Below are positions 9,169 to 18,600 of a stretch of 54,741 nucleotides of DNA, in pieces (position 1 is the stretch's first letter; each line of letters opens with the position of its first letter). The translations under genes and the position numbers were made by a program. Source of the stretch: an uncultured archaeon (GTDB taxonomy: Archaea; Iainarchaeota; Iainarchaeia; Iainarchaeales; 1-14-0-10-31-34); NCBI GenBank assembly GCA_964442255.1, contig CAYTYC010000007.1, forward strand, positions 1 through 54,741. Direction: 5' to 3'. Under the pieces are notes generated by a model that saw only the letters and a list, made by a program, of their open reading frames with translations, was not told where the DNA came from and made no database searches.

Positions 9169-12100
9169 AATCCTGGCAAAGCCGGAAATAAAGGAATACT
9201 TCCGGAAAATAACCAAACAGGTTGACGAAAGATACTGGATAGCGAAAACTGCAAGGAAAAAAGGGCTGGATTTAAGCACGGAAATTGAGTCAGTGCCTGC
9301 GGCAGACCTGGCGGAAAGGATTGAAACCCTTGTGGGGCCGGAGGGGGTTGCGGAAAGGTACAGGCAATTGTTCAAGGAACTGAAAGGGGACAGGATGAAA
9401 ATCATTTTCCGGCTGGCAAAAGAAATCGTTGAAGGAAACCTCGGGGATTTGGAGGGAGAGGAGGCAAGGATTGAAAAGGCGGTAAAAGTCGGGCTGCTGG
9501 TGGAAACCGAGGGAGTTGTTGTTGCGCCGGTTGACGGGGTTCCAAAGGTAACGGTAAGCAAAAACCCGGACGGAAGCAGGTACGTGGACGTTTACTACGC
9601 CGGACCCATAAGGGCGGCGGGAGGAAGCTCAACCGTAATTCCGCTGATTCTGGCTGACTACGCGCGGAATCTGCTGGGACTGGACAGGTACAAGCCCACG
9701 GAAGAAGAAGTGGAGCGGTACGTTGAGGAAATAAGCATTTACCAGAACGAGGTAATCTCAAGGCAGTACATGGTTTCAGAGAATGAAATCAGGACAATCA
9801 TCCGGGGGTGCCCGGTGTGCATTAACGGAGTGCCGACAGTTGAAAGGGAGGTTTCAGTTTACAGGGACATGGAGAGAGTTCCCAGTAACCGGATTCGCGG
9901 AGGAATGGGGCTGGTGGTAAGCGAAGGGGTTGCACTCAAAGCAATGGTGATACTGGAATGGGCAAAATTGCTGGGGCTGAACTGGAGCTGGCTGGAAAAA
10001 ATAATCAAAGTGAAAAAGACAACGGAAAAAAAGGTGGAAATAAAGCCCAACCCAAAGTACCTGGAAAGGATTGCTGCAGGAAGGCCGCTTTTGGCTTACC
10101 CAATGCGGTACGGGGGCTTCAGGCTGAGGTATGGGAGAAGCAGGAACAGCGCAATAATGGGAAAAGCGATTAACCCCGCGACAATGTCTTTACTGAACGA
10201 CTTTATTGCGGTGGGAACGCACATAAGGATTGAAAGGCCGGGAAAAGCCGCACAGCTTTTTCCCTGCACATCCATCAACGGGCCCATAGTGAAATTAAAG
10301 GACGGGGAAGTGCTGAGGGTTAATTCAGTGGAAGAAGCGGAAAAAGTGAGGCCGCACGTGCAGGAACTGCTTTTTTTGGGTGACATGCTTGTTTCACTGG
10401 GGGACTTCAGGAAAACCGCGCACCCGTTAATGCCGAGCCCTTATGTAAAAGAATGGTGGGAACAGGAGGCAAAAGAAAAAGGCGTGAAAACCGGGGAAAA
10501 AATTGACGGAAAAAAGGCGGTGGAGTTAAGCGAAAAATTCGGGGTGCCGCTGCACCCGCGTTACCTGCATTATTACACCGCACTGAAAACAAATGAATTA
10601 AAGGAATTGGTGAAGTGGGTAAAGGAAGGGAAAAAGGTTGAAGAAAACAGGGAAGTGAAGGCCGTTGAGTTTGAAGAAAACCCTGCACTCAAGGAAATGC
10701 TTGAAAATATCGGGCTGCCGCACAAATTAAGGGAAGGAAAAATTGTTGTGGAAAAAGAGTTTGCGTACAGTTTCCTTAAAACTTTTGGGGCACTTGAAGG
10801 GGGCGAAGCGAAAGACGAGCCGGTGCCGTCAAAAATCCGGCACACAGAAACCGCAGGAAAGCAGGACTCGCTGCCGGGCGAAACCGGCAATGTTCTGGAA
10901 GTTTTAAGCAGGTTAAGCGGAATTGAAATAAGGGACAAGGCGGGTACTTTCATAGGCGCAAGGATGGGAAGGCCGGAGGCGGCAAGGGAAAGGACAATGA
11001 AAGGCAACCCGCACGTGCTTTTTCCAATCGGGTTGAGCGGGGGGCCGAGAAGAAGCATAAACAAGGCGCTGGACGCGGAACAGGAAAAAAAAATAAAGGT
11101 GGACATCGCGTTATTTGAGTGCCCGCAATGCGGTTCGCCCTCGCCCTTTGTTTTCTGCCCAAAGTGCGGGAAAAAAACAGTTAAAATATTCAACTGCACC
11201 AAATGCGGAAGAAAAGTGCAGGAAGAAAAATGCCCTGTGTGCGGGGGAAAAGGAAAACACAACGAAGAAAAGGAAATAGACCTGGAGGGAATAATTAAAG
11301 GGGCGCTGGAAAAGCTTAACACGAAAATGCCTGAACTGGTGAAAGGAGTTAAGGGGCTGATTAACGCGGGAAAAGAGCCGGAGCCGGTGGAAAAAGGGAT
11401 TCTGCGCGCGAAACACGATTTATACGTGTTCAGGGACGGCACAATGCGCTACGAGCTTTTGAATGCGCCGATAACGCACTTCAAGCCAAAGGAAATAGGG
11501 TTAAGTGTTGAAAAAGTGAAGGAACTTGGCTACAGCAAAGACAAAGACGGAAAAGAGCTTGCTTCGGAAGAGCAGGTGCTGGAAATATTTCCCCAGGACA
11601 TAATAGTGCACGAAGGGGCGGGGGAATGGATGGTGAGGGTCTCCAAATTCCTGGATGAACTGCTGGAAAGGTTTTATGGCGGAAAGGCCTTTTACAACGC
11701 GGAAAAAAAGGAGGATTTAATCGGGGAACTGGTTGTGGGGCTGGCTCCGCACACCTCCGCGGGAATAATCGGGAGAATAATAGGCTACAGCAAGGCAAAA
11801 GTCGGGTGGGGCCACCCTTACTTCATAATGACAAAAAGGAGAAACTGCGTGCACCCTTCCACCGGACTGGTTGTGTGGGATGAAGAAAAGAAAAAGACGG
11901 AAATAAAAAGAATCGGAGAACTGGTGGAAAAAGAGATATCCGAAAACCCGAAAAGGCTAATAAACGCGGACATGCATGGGACAAAAATTATTGAAAACCA
12001 CAGAAACCTGTTCGCATACCGCATTAACCCGGAAAACAACCGGCTGGAAAAAAGCAAGATAACGCATTTCTTTAAAGGGCGCGCCCCAGGACACTGGATA

Positions 12101-13147
12101 AAAATAACCACCAACAAAGAAAAGAAATTTGTAATGGACCCAAACCACCGCTTCATTTATCTGAAAGAAGGAAAAATAAAGGCAAAAAATGCAAAAGAAG
12201 CACTTGCAGGGGATCTTGTGCCCGTGGCATTAAAAATTCCCGGAAAAAATGGATTGCGGCAAAAAAAAGATTACGTTCCAGAAAAAGTTGTGTCCGTAAA
12301 AAAAATGTATGACAAAAAACCAAGGTATTGTCTGGAAATAGACAGCCGGCCAGAAATTGAGTCCAAAGTAATATTGTGGGGAAACAAACTGCTTCAAGCC
12401 AGGTGCGACGGAGACCAGGACTCCATAATGCTTTTGCTTGACCCCCTGCTGAATTTCTCGGAGCACTATTTGAGTGCCTCCAGGGGAGGAAGAATGGACG
12501 CGCCGCTGGTGCTGACTTCCGTGCTTAACCCCCTGGAAATAGACAAGGAAGTCTATGAAATGGAGGCCATAGAGCGGTATCCCCCGGAATTTTACAGGAA
12601 AACACTTGAGTTTGCGCCGCCGGCAGTTGAAATGGTGGAAGTGGTGAAAGACAAGCTGGGAAAAGAAGGGCAGTACACCGGGCTGAACTACACGCATGAA
12701 ACGGATTCATTTGATTTGGGGCCAAAGCAAAGCACTTACGTCAAGCTTGCGACAATGGAAGAAAAAATAAGGGCGCAGGCGGTTCTGCAGTCAAAGATAC
12801 GGGCATTGGACAAAAAGGACGCGCTGGAAAGGGTAATGCTCTCACATTTTATCCCGGACATAATAGGAAACACGCGAGCATATTCAAGGCAGACCTTCAG
12901 GTGCAGTGCCTGCAACACAAAATTCAGGCGCATTCCGTTGGTTGGGAAATGCACGAAATGCGGGGGAAACATTATTTTGACCATAGCGGAAGGGTCGGTG
13001 AAAAAATATTTGGCGATTGCAAGGCAGATAACCAACGAATACAATTTAAGCCACTACCTCAAGCAAAGGATTGACCTGATTGAAAAAGAGCTGGACTCGG
13101 TCTTTGAAAACGGAAAAGAACAGAGAAAACTCCACGAATTCGTGTAA
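9155..13147 (+). CDS. polC: DNA polymerase D large subunit DP2, intein-containing
   Basis: YYAGPIRAAGG, GGFRLRYGRSR, RMGRPE, GLAPHTSAG, KRRN..CDGD, GGRMDAPLVL and Zn ribbons; likely start ATG 9155. Confidence 0.97.
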   Translation: MKEAEILAKPEIKEYFRKITKQVDERYWIAKTARKKGLDLSTEIESVPAADLAERIETLVGPEGVAERYRQLFKELKGDRMKIIFRLAKEIVEGNLGDLEGEEARIEKAVKVGLLVETEGVVVAPVDGVPKVTVSKNPDGSRYVDVYYAGPIRAAGGSSTVIPLILADYARNLLGLDRYKPTEEEVERYVEEISIYQNEVISRQYMVSENEIRTIIRGCPVCINGVPTVEREVSVYRDMERVPSNRIRGGMGLVVSEGVALKAMVILEWAKLLGLNWSWLEKIIKVKKTTEKKVEIKPNPKYLERIAAGRPLLAYPMRYGGFRLRYGRSRNSAIMGKAINPATMSLLNDFIAVGTHIRIERPGKAAQLFPCTSINGPIVKLKDGEVLRVNSVEEAEKVRPHVQELLFLGDMLVSLGDFRKTAHPLMPSPYVKEWWEQEAKEKGVKTGEKIDGKKAVELSEKFGVPLHPRYLHYYTALKTNELKELVKWVKEGKKVEENREVKAVEFEENPALKEMLENIGLPHKLREGKIVVEKEFAYSFLKTFGALEGGEAKDEPVPSKIRHTETAGKQDSLPGETGNVLEVLSRLSGIEIRDKAGTFIGARMGRPEAARERTMKGNPHVLFPIGLSGGPRRSINKALDAEQEKKIKVDIALFECPQCGSPSPFVFCPKCGKKTVKIFNCTKCGRKVQEEKCPVCGGKGKHNEEKEIDLEGIIKGALEKLNTKMPELVKGVKGLINAGKEPEPVEKGILRAKHDLYVFRDGTMRYELLNAPITHFKPKEIGLSVEKVKELGYSKDKDGKELASEEQVLEIFPQDIIVHEGAGEWMVRVSKFLDELLERFYGGKAFYNAEKKEDLIGELVVGLAPHTSAGIIGRIIGYSKAKVGWGHPYFIMTKRRNCVHPSTGLVVWDEEKKKTEIKRIGELVEKEISENPKRLINADMHGTKIIENHRNLFAYRINPENNRLEKSKITHFFKGRAPGHWIKITTNKEKKFVMDPNHRFIYLKEGKIKAKNAKEALAGDLVPVALKIPGKNGLRQKKDYVPEKVVSVKKMYDKKPRYCLEIDSRPEIESKVILWGNKLLQARCDGDQDSIMLLLDPLLNFSEHYLSASRGGRMDAPLVLTSVLNPLEIDKEVYEMEAIERYPPEFYRKTLEFAPPAVEMVEVVKDKLGKEGQYTGLNYTHETDSFDLGPKQSTYVKLATMEEKIRAQAVLQSKIRALDKKDALERVMLSHFIPDIIGNTRAYSRQTFRCSACNTKFRRIPLVGKCTKCGGNIILTIAEGSVKKYLAIARQITNEYNLSHYLKQRIDLIEKELDSVFENGKEQRKLHEFV
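11846..12403 (+). mobile_element. Mini-intein (186 aa, no homing endonuclease) in DP2, ending in Arg
   Basis: Splits conserved KRRN/CDGD; begins CVHPST; block B MDPNH; block F YCLEI; ends LLQAR before Cys+1. Confidence 0.9.
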
Positions 13148-13155
13148 AAATTTGT

Positions 13156-13932
13156 TCAAAAAAGCTTGAGGATTCCAAGAAAATCAAGCGCAACCACGAC
13201 CAGCACGACAACAAGAATTAAAACCAAAAGCCAGTATGGGGAAAAGAAAAAGGAAGGGATTCCAGGCCTGGATGTTTTGGAAGCCGCTTTTGAGCCGAGC
13301 TTAAAAGATTCCGTTGTGTAATGCACCCAAGCGCCGGGCCGCTTCAGTTCCTGCATCAGCTCAGCCGTAACCTCAAGCCAGCCCTTTTCCCTGAAAGGCA
13401 CTTCATCGGATTCAAGCAGTTCCCCATCCAATGCGCTGAACACAAGCCTGTATGTTCCTTCCTGAACCGTCACATAAGAAACCCATCGGGGAAAAAGGAT
13501 TTCCCGGAATTCGGTGACGACAATTTTTTCTTTCGGGATGGAATGCTTCTGGGAAATCTTCAGGACCGCAAGCTCTTTCGCATTCCCGCTTGAAAGGGAG
13601 TGCTCAAGGATTTTGAAGCCGTACTTTGGCTTTGTTTTTGCGAGGTCCCGGAGAAGGGATTCATCCATTTTTTCGTGAAGCCCTTCAACAAGTTCCCCGG
13701 AATTTGGGTCAAAGGATTCCTTTCCCTTAACTGTGCGGTCAACAATCGGGGAAGATGCTTCATTTTTTTCCGAGTAAGCGTAAAAGGAAACAAAGAAAAA
13801 GGGCTTGAGGAAAAGGGAAAGCTCCGCCGCCTCAAATTTACGCCAATGCCTTTCCCTCAGCATGGACTCGATTTTCTTTACCGTTTCCTCCACGCCAAAA
13901 GAAACACGGAGGAAAGGTTTTTCAAAACCCAT
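13156..13932 (-). CDS. Hypothetical protein with C-terminal TM helix
   Basis: 258-aa ORF immediately downstream of sepF on the same strand; hydrophobic C-terminus. Confidence 0.75.
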   Translation of the reverse strand: MGFEKPFLRVSFGVEETVKKIESMLRERHWRKFEAAELSLFLKPFFFVSFYAYSEKNEASSPIVDRTVKGKESFDPNSGELVEGLHEKMDESLLRDLAKTKPKYGFKILEHSLSSGNAKELAVLKISQKHSIPKEKIVVTEFREILFPRWVSYVTVQEGTYRLVFSALDGELLESDEVPFREKGWLEVTAELMQELKRPGAWVHYTTESFKLGSKAASKTSRPGIPSFFFSPYWLLVLILVVVLVVVALDFLGILKLF

Positions 13933-13941
13933 AAGGAAGAA

Positions 13942-14295
13942 TTATTCCCTTCTCTTAATAATCTTTACATTTGCGGGAGTAATAAGCACCTTGTCGTGGG
14001 AAATCCTTGCGATGTCGCCGTTTATCTCCTCAACTCCGCCCCTAATGCCGCTCACCAAATCCCTCAACTTCAAGGCATTCCTTTTTGCGAGGTCAGAGAT
14101 GTTCAAAAGCACGATATTGCCTTTCTTTGCCTCCTCCATCACAGCTTCGGTGTCGGTGTCGGAGTGGAGGGTCATGGGCTTAACGTAGGCGTCGGCGTTC
14201 TCGTACATGGACTCCTCTTCAACGTCCAGGTTGTTCAAAAACTCCTCAATGTCAATTTCGTCGGTTTTCCTGAATAAAGATTCCATAAAAGCCAT
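13942..14295 (-). CDS. sepF: Cell division protein SepF (archaeal)
   Basis: Amphipathic N-terminus; acidic linker; GNIVLLNI..GDIARI..VLITP core. Confidence 0.9.
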   Translation of the reverse strand: MAFMESLFRKTDEIDIEEFLNNLDVEEESMYENADAYVKPMTLHSDTDTEAVMEEAKKGNIVLLNISDLAKRNALKLRDLVSGIRGGVEEINGDIARISHDKVLITPANVKIIKRRE

Positions 14296-14422
14296 TCCAG
14301 TATCACCCCAAAATTAAGATATAATATTTTTCCATAGAGGGTTATTTTAAGCATATTGGTGACGGGTTCGGAAAGCAAACAAAAACATTATTTTAAAGTA
14401 ATGCAGCAAAAAAATTTTTCCC

Positions 14423-15634
14423 ATGGGAAAAAACATATTCGAGGAACACATGCATAAGGCCTCTGTTTTTCGGGACCGAAACATGATAATGCCGCACTAC
14501 GTTCCCGAAGAGCTGCCGTTCAGGGAAAAGCAGATAAGGCAGACTGGAAAGGTTTTGGCCGTGGCCTTGGACGGAAAAAAGCCCGACAATTTGTTTGTTT
14601 ACGGGAAAGTGGGGACAGGAAAAACCGCGACACTGAAGAATGTGCTGAAACAACTGGGGGAAGTCGTGGAAAAAGGCGGTGCGCCCATTGACCGGACTTA
14701 CATAAACTGCAGGAACCACAACTCAAAATACAAGGTGATGATTAAGGCGGTGAAACAGTATTTTCCGGGGCAAAACTTTCTGGGCTTCAGCATCGGGTTT
14801 GTGCACGACAAGCTTTTGGAGTATGCAAACAAAGGAAGGCACCTTGTGCTTGTGCTGGATGAAATTGACAAGGTGAAGGACGTTGATGAACTTGTGTACG
14901 CTCTTACGCGGAGCAATGATGAACTGGAAAAGGGTTCGGTGAGCATCGCGGGAATTTCAAACAACCTGATGTTCAAGGAAAGGCTTGACCCAAGAACAAA
15001 AAGCAGTTTGTGCGAAAAAGAACTGGTGTTTCCGCCGTACAATGCGGAAGAACTGAAGGCAATTTTAAAGCAAAGGGTGGAGCTGGGGTTTAAGGAGAAT
15101 TCTGTGAATGAGTCTGCATTGAGTCTGGCCGCTGCTTACTCAGCAAAGGAAAGCGGGGATGCAAGGACAGCGGTAATGCTTTTGCTGCGTGCAGGGGAGC
15201 TGGCGGACGAGGAAAAAAAGGGAACGGTTTCCGAAAAAGAGGTGGAAAAAGCGAAAAGCAGGGTGGAAGAGGAAATAATCTTTAACATGGTTTCAACCCT
15301 TCCCGAACAGCAGCAGCTGGTTTTGAAGGCGGTTGCGGAGCTCACCTTAAGCAGGAGAGGGGTGAGGAAAATTACGGGTGCAAGCGAGGAAGGGGTGTTT
15401 TATTCGGGGGACATTTTCGAGAAATACCAGGCGATTGCAAGGGGAATGCAAAAGGATGTCGTCACCGCGAGATGGTACAGGCAGTACATCAGCGAGCTGG
15501 AAACATACGGATTACTTCTCACAACCTCTTCAGGAAAAGGAATCAGGGGGCAAACCAGGCTGATTAAACTTGGTTTTGACGCAAGGGGAATAAACCAGGT
15601 AATAGACAAAGAACTGGGTTTAAGGATTGCCTGA
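14423..15634 (+). CDS. cdc6: Orc1/Cdc6 replication initiator
   Basis: YVPEELPFRE; Walker A GKVGTGKT; Walker B VLDEID; FPPYNAEEL; GDAR; winged helix ending GKGIRGQTR. Confidence 0.97.
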   Translation: MGKNIFEEHMHKASVFRDRNMIMPHYVPEELPFREKQIRQTGKVLAVALDGKKPDNLFVYGKVGTGKTATLKNVLKQLGEVVEKGGAPIDRTYINCRNHNSKYKVMIKAVKQYFPGQNFLGFSIGFVHDKLLEYANKGRHLVLVLDEIDKVKDVDELVYALTRSNDELEKGSVSIAGISNNLMFKERLDPRTKSSLCEKELVFPPYNAEELKAILKQRVELGFKENSVNESALSLAAAYSAKESGDARTAVMLLLRAGELADEEKKGTVSEKEVEKAKSRVEEEIIFNMVSTLPEQQQLVLKAVAELTLSRRGVRKITGASEEGVFYSGDIFEKYQAIARGMQKDVVTARWYRQYISELETYGLLLTTSSGKGIRGQTRLIKLGFDARGINQVIDKELGLRIA

Positions 15635-18600
15635 TTAATTTGCGCAGTCTGTTGTTTCGATTCCGCCGAGCTCTTCAATCAAAACGTCCTCATTCCACCT
15701 GAAAACAGAGGAGTTTCCGGAATCCTTTACGCAGGCGTAACCCGCTTTAACCAAATCAAATACGTCCTGCAGCGTGTTCACCGTGTCCCCGGAACCGAAG
15801 CCATTCAATTCAACTGTTCCGCTTTGCTCCACACTGCCGCCTTCCGCATTCCTTAAGGCAACGGTTTTGAAGGCTGAAGTCCCTTCTTTGGGCTGGAATA
15901 GTTCCAGCTTCACCCCTGGCTCAAGGGAAGAAATGTAGGCGACTGAAGAAAGCGACTCCCATCCAGTGAGCTGCGGGGAAAGCCATTGAAGCTTGTATGC
16001 AGTTCCCGCAAGTGAAGCATTTTCCGAAGAAAACAGGGAAGAATCCGCAGAAGAAGTCAGTAAATCCTGCAGCACCCTTTCGCTTCCTCCGCTGAAGTCC
16101 CTGCACTCCGCGCCATGCAGCTGCCAGGAAAGAAGGCTGCTGCCAGCGGAAAAGCTTCCCTCTCCTTTCAAAAGCGAATAAAATACTGCTGCCGTTTTTT
16201 CTTCCCTGATTTCTTCAAGGTTAAGCTCAAGGAGAAGGGGGGAGGGAGTTGAAGGGAAAAAGTCAAGCGTGCGAGTTGCCCCGGAAGTGCTTCTCCTTAA
16301 ATCCAGCATTACGCCTCTCTTTTCCGAATTAAGTGTCTCCAAATCCGTGTACCGGGTTGAAATCAGGGTGGCCTGCGCTGGCTCATCTCCGGTTGTGTCA
16401 AGCGCCAGATAGTTTTCATTCAGGGGCAGTGGCCCGGAATTGTTTGCAAACCTTAAGCCATAGCCTTTGCGCGTGAATTCCTCCCCCTTTAAACCGATCT
16501 CCCCGTCAAAGGGCAGGTAATAAAAAACAGACTGTGTTAAGCCTTCAATGTTTCCTGCAGGGGAAAGCAGCCCAACGACAATATTTATTTTCCCCCTTGT
16601 CCCAAGCCCTTCGCCTTCAATGAAGTTTTGCTTCGCGGTTTCGCTGGAGAACTCCAGTTCAACGCTGTAAAGGCCTGCGTCCGGCAGCTGCCACGGGTAA
16701 CGGCGCACTTTTCCGTCCATTAGTGCGTTGAATAATGCGCCTCCGCTTTTCATTACAGTTGGCGAGCCAAAAAAGTCTGTTCCGCTGGTCCACCCTGCAA
16801 AGTCAAGAAAGAATTCCTTTGGCATTGCGTCCTGAATCAGGTAAGAGCTGAAGGAAAGCAGGTTTTCATCGCCTGTTTCATGGAATTCGTCAAGCCTGTG
16901 GGAAACAGCCATTAAAAATTGTGCGGAATCACAAAAAATAAAGTCTTCGTTTCCTCCATCACAAACCGTTAAATTGTCGGAGTTTAAGCCGAATTCATCC
17001 CAGTCCCAAGTGAAGTCAACCCGGGGAAGGGCGTTTGCGCCGTCACGGCAGTCCCCAGGGCCAAGCGCCGTGCCGCAGCCGCCGATACTGAAGCTGACAT
17101 CAAAGTTTGTTCCTTCCTTGTTCAATGCGCCCATTCCAAGGCAGGAAACCGAAGAAAAGCCTTCCGGGGAAATGCTGATTTCTCCCGGAGTGAGGACGGC
17201 CTTTGCTGGAACGGATTTTTCGCCATTAAAGCCCGCAGCCTCCAGCAATTCAAATTCAACCGCAACGCTTCCCCTTAACGTGGCAGAACCGCCAAATGTT
17301 TTTCCAATGGGGCTTAAAGGAAGCTTAACCTCCAGTTTTCTTTCCTCTCCGGGAGCCAATACGGGGGGGCCCAAGTAATCAACCAGGGCTTCGGCAAGCC
17401 GCCCGGAAGGGTCGGCAAATGCAGGGGTTACTGTAATTTCAAGCATGTAATCGGAAATGTTTTTCACTGTGAGCTGTTTTGCAACTGAATCCGCGCCCGC
17501 ACCTTTCTCCACTTCAGAGTGCACAAAACTGAACTCCAGTTCATCAGGCGAAAGCTCAATCAAGTCCCCCAACTTGGTTATCTCAACCCTGAAGGGAACG
17601 GAAACAAAAGAAATGTCTTCCCCTTCCGGGGCAGAGGAATCCTTCACTGAGACAGTTAAATGGTAAAGTTTTGAGGAAGACTCGCCTGCCTCAAAGGCTT
17701 CCCCTGAAAGGATTGCAGGCAATTCAATATCCAAGCCGGAGTGTGCGTCAATGTCCGCCTTGTTCAGCCTTCCGCTGTAAATTGGTGTGCCTTCACTTTC
17801 CGAGAGAACAGAATACATTGCAAGCCAGTCCAGTTCATCCGGGGAAGATTCACTTAAATCAATCAAGTAAACGTTAACGTCAAAGCTCCTGTTTAATCCC
17901 TCCAGGTAAGGGGAAATGTTTTTTGAGAGAAGCTTGAGGTTAAAGGTTTTCTTTTTCTCTAAAGCCTCTTCAGGGATGCCCGGGTAGAAAGAGAAAACAA
18001 GTGGGTTTTCATCAGTGAGAACAGTTTCGGATGAATCCGAAACCCTTATGCCTGAATCCGGGCGCGCAAAAATTGTTGCAGTGAAAGGCACAGTGAAGTC
18101 ATCCGAGAGTTCCTTTGTTTCCCCGAACGCAACATTGACTGTCAGGGTTCCGGAACGGGTTTTGTTTTCGGTCAATAAAAGGGTTTCATCCAGGTTAAGC
18201 ATTAAGTTCAGGTCAATTAACGCTGTTCCGTTCACAGGAATTTCTGTTTCCGCAAACTCCTGGAGAACGGCAAGCATCGCTTCCTCTTCCAAAAGTGCGG
18301 GGGATTCCGGATTGCGGTCAAAGGAAAGGGAAAGGGATTCAATTGAAATTTCTGCGGCAGAAAGGTTTTCAACCAGAATTTGCCTGGACTTTACGCCCGT
18401 GAAATCGTATTCCGCAAGGAATTCAAGCGAAGGAGGGCAGGAATCAAAGGGCTCGGGGCAGTACTCGAAAAGATAGGAGTCCTTTACTGTGAACGCCTTC
18501 TCAAACCATCCTGAAGTGCGGGGGTCAAAAACCCTGACAAGCACTTGGGAGGCGGGCCACATTGAGTCAAAGTTTTGCTGCACAATTCCAGTTTCGCCTG

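Noticed and set aside
10795..10890. Short insertion in DP2 (EAKDEPVPSK...GETG) as a second intein or duplication-flanked insert
   Set aside because: About 30 aa with no Cys/Ser start or HINT motifs, and only a 7-nt flanking match; likely a variable loop.
10573..11442. Long antisense ORFs (also 7728-8312, 13600-14277, 20903-21532, 42795-43457 and others)
   Set aside because: Shadows of well-supported genes on the opposite strand, with no recognisable motifs.
14296..14422. Replication origin upstream of cdc6
   Set aside because: Only 127 nt, explicable as divergent sepF/cdc6 promoters; no convincing repeated ORB (TCCA..GAAAC plus G-string) seen.
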